From positions 1 through 56,230 of IMG/VR virus record IMGVR_UViG_3300043464_001636: 56,230 bases of DNA, one strand, 5' to 3'. The notes below the pieces were generated by a model. It was given only the letters and a program-made list of their open reading frames with translations. It was not told where the DNA came from and searched no databases. This stretch comes from a virus. Taxonomy: Duplodnaviria > Caudoviricetes. Both the position numbers and the translations under genes were made by a program. Shown here in pieces: positions 52,305 to 56,230 of the stretch. Numbering within the stretch: position 1 is the stretch's first letter; each line of letters begins with the position of its first letter.

Positions 52305-53866
52305 GTTCCCGTAACCTCCTCGTAGGGCTTTCCGCTGCGGTGGCATTCCAGCAGCAGGTCTCGCGTCTCATTCATCCATGCGGCCGCAAACTCGTCTATC
52401 TGTCGGCCTGTAGCCTTCGCGGCGTCGCATAGTTCTGTCTTCATGCGGCCCTCGTGGGCCTCAAGCCACGCGGCCAGCTTGGCCGGCTTCTTGCGACGCT
52501 CGAGGATTCCGTCGGCTTCGATCGACGCCAGCTTTCGCAGCGTCTGGGCGAAGAGCACCTCGGAGGCGCTGCGGGCGGCGTCCACTGGAGGTGGCGGAGC
52601 CTCCTCAGCCTGCGTCGCCTCCGCTTCGAGTGCGGGCGGTGGCTCTTCCTCGGGTGGCACAGGCTCCTCCACTGGCGGCGCCACCACAAACGACTCCAGA
52701 AGGGCCATGTTCACCTGCACGAACCGCTTGTCGCCTTCGTCGATCGGGTTCAGCCCTTCGCTCGTTCTGATCTCATTTATCGAAAGAACGCCAAGCTGCC
52801 AGAGTTCTTTGTAGTAGCTGGCCCTTCCGGCGTTGTCACCGCGCATCAAGCCTCGGACGTCGAACTCTGCAAAGTAGTTCTCGTCGTCCATGATGAGGTC
52901 GCGACGGCAGGCTGATTCCCAGCGGCGCAGCCACGGTACGAGCGAGAACGTCACAAAGTCCAGCCCCTGCTGCTCTACTGAACTGTAGGAACTCTTCGTC
53001 AAATCCCCGATCATGTAGGCCGGCACACGGTAGATGCGAGCTATGTCTTCGACTTGGTAGCGCCTGGTCTCGATGAGCTGGGCAGACTCATTCGTGCCGG
53101 AAAGTTCTTTGACTTTGATGCCGTGCGGGAGGACGGCCGTTCGCCCGTTTTGGTTTGGGCCGCGGTGCATATCCTCCCAGGACTGCCGGAGTCTCTGCGC
53201 AGTCTCAGGCTTCAGCGGCTGATCGCTCTCCAAGACCACCCCAGGGCGCGCGCCGTTGCCGAAGTACGCGCTCGAGTGCAGTTCAGTGGCCCGCGCCAGC
53301 CCGATGGCTTCGCGGGAAAGCATCGTCGGAATGTATCCCTTCACGCCGTCCTGGGTGAGCCACCGCAGGTGAAAGATCTGATCCTGCGTGTACGCGGTCG
53401 GATCCATTTTGTCTGGCTCTTGGTACAGATACCGGAGCCTTCCAGACTTCAGGCGCTCGACTTTCATCCTGCTTGGGTGCAGCGGCCAGAGTTCTGTGAC
53501 GGCGCCAAACTTGCCAGGGCGGATCTCTGCGTAGGCGTTGCCCCACAAAAGAAGCCAGCTTTGCATGAGTTCCCGAAACTCAAACGACGTCATCCAGCCG
53601 TTTGGCTGTTCTGACAGAATTAGATGCAGCGGCATCCCGGCAGCGACTTCTTTGCCGCCAGTCGGGATCCGGTGGAACAGGTTGAATGGAAGCGTCGCGA
53701 CCGACTCCGAGATCACCCGCACGCAGGCCAGAACGGCGCTGCACTGCAGGGCTGTTTCCGGCGTGAGTGCGATGCCAGCGACGGTTTTGCGGTCTTCCGA
53801 CAGTTCCTCGAATACGCGGGAGATGCTCCGCATTTCAACGATGTCTTCGATCGCCGCTTCTTCCAT
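52265..53866 (-). CDS. Portal protein, HK97 family
   Basis: AV.ACV.VISE.VA.LP, LLWGNAY, IARIYRVP, NEIR..E.L.P. Confidence 0.95.
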   Translation of the reverse strand: MEEAAIEDIVEMRSISRVFEELSEDRKTVAGIALTPETALQCSAVLACVRVISESVATLPFNLFHRIPTGGKEVAAGMPLHLILSEQPNGWMTSFEFRELMQSWLLLWGNAYAEIRPGKFGAVTELWPLHPSRMKVERLKSGRLRYLYQEPDKMDPTAYTQDQIFHLRWLTQDGVKGYIPTMLSREAIGLARATELHSSAYFGNGARPGVVLESDQPLKPETAQRLRQSWEDMHRGPNQNGRTAVLPHGIKVKELSGTNESAQLIETRRYQVEDIARIYRVPAYMIGDLTKSSYSSVEQQGLDFVTFSLVPWLRRWESACRRDLIMDDENYFAEFDVRGLMRGDNAGRASYYKELWQLGVLSINEIRTSEGLNPIDEGDKRFVQVNMALLESFVVAPPVEEPVPPEEEPPPALEAEATQAEEAPPPPVDAARSASEVLFAQTLRKLASIEADGILERRKKPAKLAAWLEAHEGRMKTELCDAAKATGRQIDEFAAAWMNETRDLLLECHRSGKPYEEVTGTWTERVEKTLNAG

Positions 53867-55368
53867 CAGATCACCAGAAGTTCGGGTTCGGACTGCGGCC
53901 CATACGTTTCGCCGCTCGAGAGTGCGAGGGCCATGATGCAGGCGACGATTCCGTCGATGCGGCCTAGGTCGTGCGAAGACTTCTTGACGGGCTTGATGAG
54001 CCCTTCGTCGTTAGTCTTTATCTGCACGTTGCTTGCCTGCCACGAAAGCACGGGGTTTCCGGCGTGTCGCAGCCGGCCGGAAATTACAAGATTTTCGAGC
54101 AGACGCGTCGGCGCGTTCAGGGGGCCAAAACCCTGTCCGAACGGGTGGACGGCCTGCCCCTCGGCAGATAGTTGTGTCATCAAGTGAATCGCATTCCAGC
54201 GATCCACAGCGATGCCCTTTACCCAGTTTTTCTCGCAGAATTCGAGAATGTAATCCCGAATCTGGTCGTAATCTGTAACGTCTCCATCTGTAAGTCTAAC
54301 AAATCCATCCTTTACCCACTGTTTATACGGGACTCTGTCCTGCTTATCTCTGCGGTCGGCGTTCTCATCTGGGATCCAGAACATCGCCTGAATGTCAAAC
54401 GTGCCGTCGGCATCTGGCCACGCGGCCACAAACGCCGTCGTGTCGTAGGTGCTCGCAAGGTCGAGGCCGCAGTAGCATGGCCGCCCCGCCGTGCTGCGAA
54501 GCGGGGCGTCGCAGCCCTCCCACGCACCATGCCGGAAGAACTTCTCTTCTGAGGTCGTCCACTGGTTCAAGTGGAGGCGGCGAAAGGTCATTTCGTCGGC
54601 CGTCGACTCCTTGGCCTTCGCAGACATCTGCGTAAAGTAGTCTTCCTTAATCGTTACGCCGTAGTTTGGGTTGGCGTCGCGCCAGGTCTGGGGCTCAAAC
54701 GGGTCTGCGTCGGGCGCAGCCGCAAAGATGCAGGGCAGGAAGGTGTCGTCCTTGAGGACACCGTCGCGGATCTTCTCGGCCCGCTCCCAGGTCTTGAAGC
54801 ATGGCGACTGCCGGTCGTACCCCGCTGTGGTCAAAAAGATAGTCAGCGGCTGCCGGCGGGCGCCGGTGGCTGTCTCGAGCACATCGACCAGCTCTCGGTC
54901 TTTCTGAACGTGATACTCGTCCACGAGGATGCACGATGGGTTGTAGCCGTGCTTGGTCGCCGCCTCGCTAGAAATTGTTTTCATCACGGCGTTGGTGTCG
55001 GGAACTGCAATGCTGTTCCTGTAGAGTTTGCAACGGGAGAGCAGCGTCGGGTTGCTCTCGACCATCTGCTTGGCGGCGTCGTGAAGAAGGGCGGCCTGCT
55101 GCCGGTCGCCGGCTGCCACGATCACCTCGGCCCCGATGTCGTCGCAGAACAACATATAGAGGCCAATGGCTGCGCAAAGCTGAGTCTTTCCATTTTTGCG
55201 CGGAATCGCAAGCAGGCTGGAGCGATATAAGCGAAGGCCGTCGTCGCGCTTGGTGTTGAACAGCTTGTCCAGGTACGCGGCCTGCCACGGGAACAGCTCG
55301 AACGGCTTCCCGGCGTGCTCGCCGCGGGTGTGCCGCAGGCAGGAGATGAAATCGCGTATGTCAACCAC
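53866..55368 (-). CDS. terL: Terminase large subunit
   Basis: PWQ, IPRKNGKT, VDEYH, TTAG, GLDLAS..D, RIDG.VA. Confidence 0.96.
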   Translation of the reverse strand: MVDIRDFISCLRHTRGEHAGKPFELFPWQAAYLDKLFNTKRDDGLRLYRSSLLAIPRKNGKTQLCAAIGLYMLFCDDIGAEVIVAAGDRQQAALLHDAAKQMVESNPTLLSRCKLYRNSIAVPDTNAVMKTISSEAATKHGYNPSCILVDEYHVQKDRELVDVLETATGARRQPLTIFLTTAGYDRQSPCFKTWERAEKIRDGVLKDDTFLPCIFAAAPDADPFEPQTWRDANPNYGVTIKEDYFTQMSAKAKESTADEMTFRRLHLNQWTTSEEKFFRHGAWEGCDAPLRSTAGRPCYCGLDLASTYDTTAFVAAWPDADGTFDIQAMFWIPDENADRRDKQDRVPYKQWVKDGFVRLTDGDVTDYDQIRDYILEFCEKNWVKGIAVDRWNAIHLMTQLSAEGQAVHPFGQGFGPLNAPTRLLENLVISGRLRHAGNPVLSWQASNVQIKTNDEGLIKPVKKSSHDLGRIDGIVACIMALALSSGETYGPQSEPELLVI

Positions 55369-55849
55369 CGGCCAGCAGCGCACTCATTGGGTCTGCCGAT
55401 TTTCCCTGGCGGTCGATCACTGCCATCCCCAGACGCGTCCTGTCTGCAGGGGTGAAGCCGAGCACGGCCTCGAGTTGGCGAAGTTGCTCGTGACACGCCG
55501 TCGCCTGGGCGAACGCCGGAGTCGGCTTCGCGGCCTTCTCCTCGCCGGAGCGGCCGGTCATCGAGTGATAGTGGATGGCGTTCTTGGAGAGTTCCTCCTC
55601 GGCCGAATACCATCGGTCGAGCGTTGCGGCATACCGAATAACGGTGTGCTTGTCCGTCTTCGCAAGAACGCCCATCGCATCAAGGTTGCGGGCTGCCTCC
55701 CGAAAGAAGTCGGCGGCCCGCTCCCGCAGAAACGTCGGCGGCTCCGGGAGAGTCTCATAGAACTCGCCAAGCTCCTCCCGATGGTCGGCGCGCCATGAAC
55801 CCTTGAGGGCCAGAACGTGCTTCGGTTGTGGAGGTGGGCCGCGTCGCAC
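55361..55849 (-). CDS. terS: Terminase small subunit, P27 family
   Basis: RGPPPQP, PP.FL, G.L...D, LGFTPADR.RL. Confidence 0.9.
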   Translation of the reverse strand: MRRGPPPQPKHVLALKGSWRADHREELGEFYETLPEPPTFLRERAADFFREAARNLDAMGVLAKTDKHTVIRYAATLDRWYSAEEELSKNAIHYHSMTGRSGEEKAAKPTPAFAQATACHEQLRQLEAVLGFTPADRTRLGMAVIDRQGKSADPMSALLAGG

Positions 55850-56053
55850 TTGACAATCTCCCGTATTCCTTAGAATACAGGCCAACATGAAGGCGCTGCA
55901 GGTTATGCACGAAACCGGGGGAGTTACGAACCGGAGCCATTTTTGGCTAAACCCGTGAACGCGTGCGAGACGTTAGCATGCGGTCTGCCGCGGGGGGCGA
56001 AAAAATTGCCCTACCCCCCCTCCCCCGCCGCAAAATTTCGAGCGCGGTTTTCG

Positions 56054-56230
56054 AGGGCATCGAGCCGGCCAGGGCATCGAGCCGGCCAGGGCATCGAGCC
56101 GGCCAGGGCATCGAGCCGGCCAGGGCATCGAGCCGGCCAGGGCGTCGAGCCGGCCAGGGCATCGAGCCGGCCAGGGCATCGAGCCGGCCAGGGCATCGAG
56201 CCGGCCAGGGCATCGAGCCGGCCAGGGCAT
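56054..56230. repeat. Tandem array, 17-bp unit AGGGCATCGAGCCGGCC, about 10.4 copies with one A>G variant, truncated by the window edge
   Basis: Read directly from the sequence. Confidence 0.97.

Noticed and set aside
53866-55368. Intein or intron in the terminase or helicases
   Set aside because: Lengths are ordinary and the motifs are contiguous
55947-56230. ORFs with repeated MPWPARCPGRLDALAGS
   Set aside because: Translation artefacts of the 17-bp array
1-56230. tRNA or rRNA genes
   Set aside because: No cloverleaf or T-loop signature noticed in the few intergenic gaps; not checked computationally

Overview
The window looks like an essentially complete, GC-rich, 56 kb temperate tailed-phage genome (HK97-fold head, long non-contractile tail), opened inside a region of 17-bp tandem arrays. 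Most genes are on the minus strand. Reading leftward from the right end: terS, terL, portal, a multi-domain prohead protease, a kinase/ADP-ribosyltransferase-like protein, major capsid, head-tail genes, two short tail-tube-like paralogs, G/GT chaperones with a -1 slippery site, tape measure and tail genes. Next come a phosphoesterase/dNMP-kinase block, an alpha-CTD-like gene, a plus-strand tyrosine integrase, and replication genes (SNF2 helicase, prim-pol, SF1 helicase). These are followed by csrA, two DNA methyltransferases, a GNAT, VRR-NUC, glycosyltransferases, a papain-like peptidase with membrane proteins, and an HNH nuclease. A plus-strand block of small genes (308-5564) sits behind a sigma-54-like promoter. 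The host is inferred, not shown, to be a Planctomycete. The most notable observation is a 57-aa CsrA gene missed by the ORF track, together with at least nine stem-loops carrying AAGGAN hexaloops at or near ribosome-binding sites, including csrA's own. This suggests a phage-encoded translational regulon. All family assignments come from motif recognition by eye, not from database searches.
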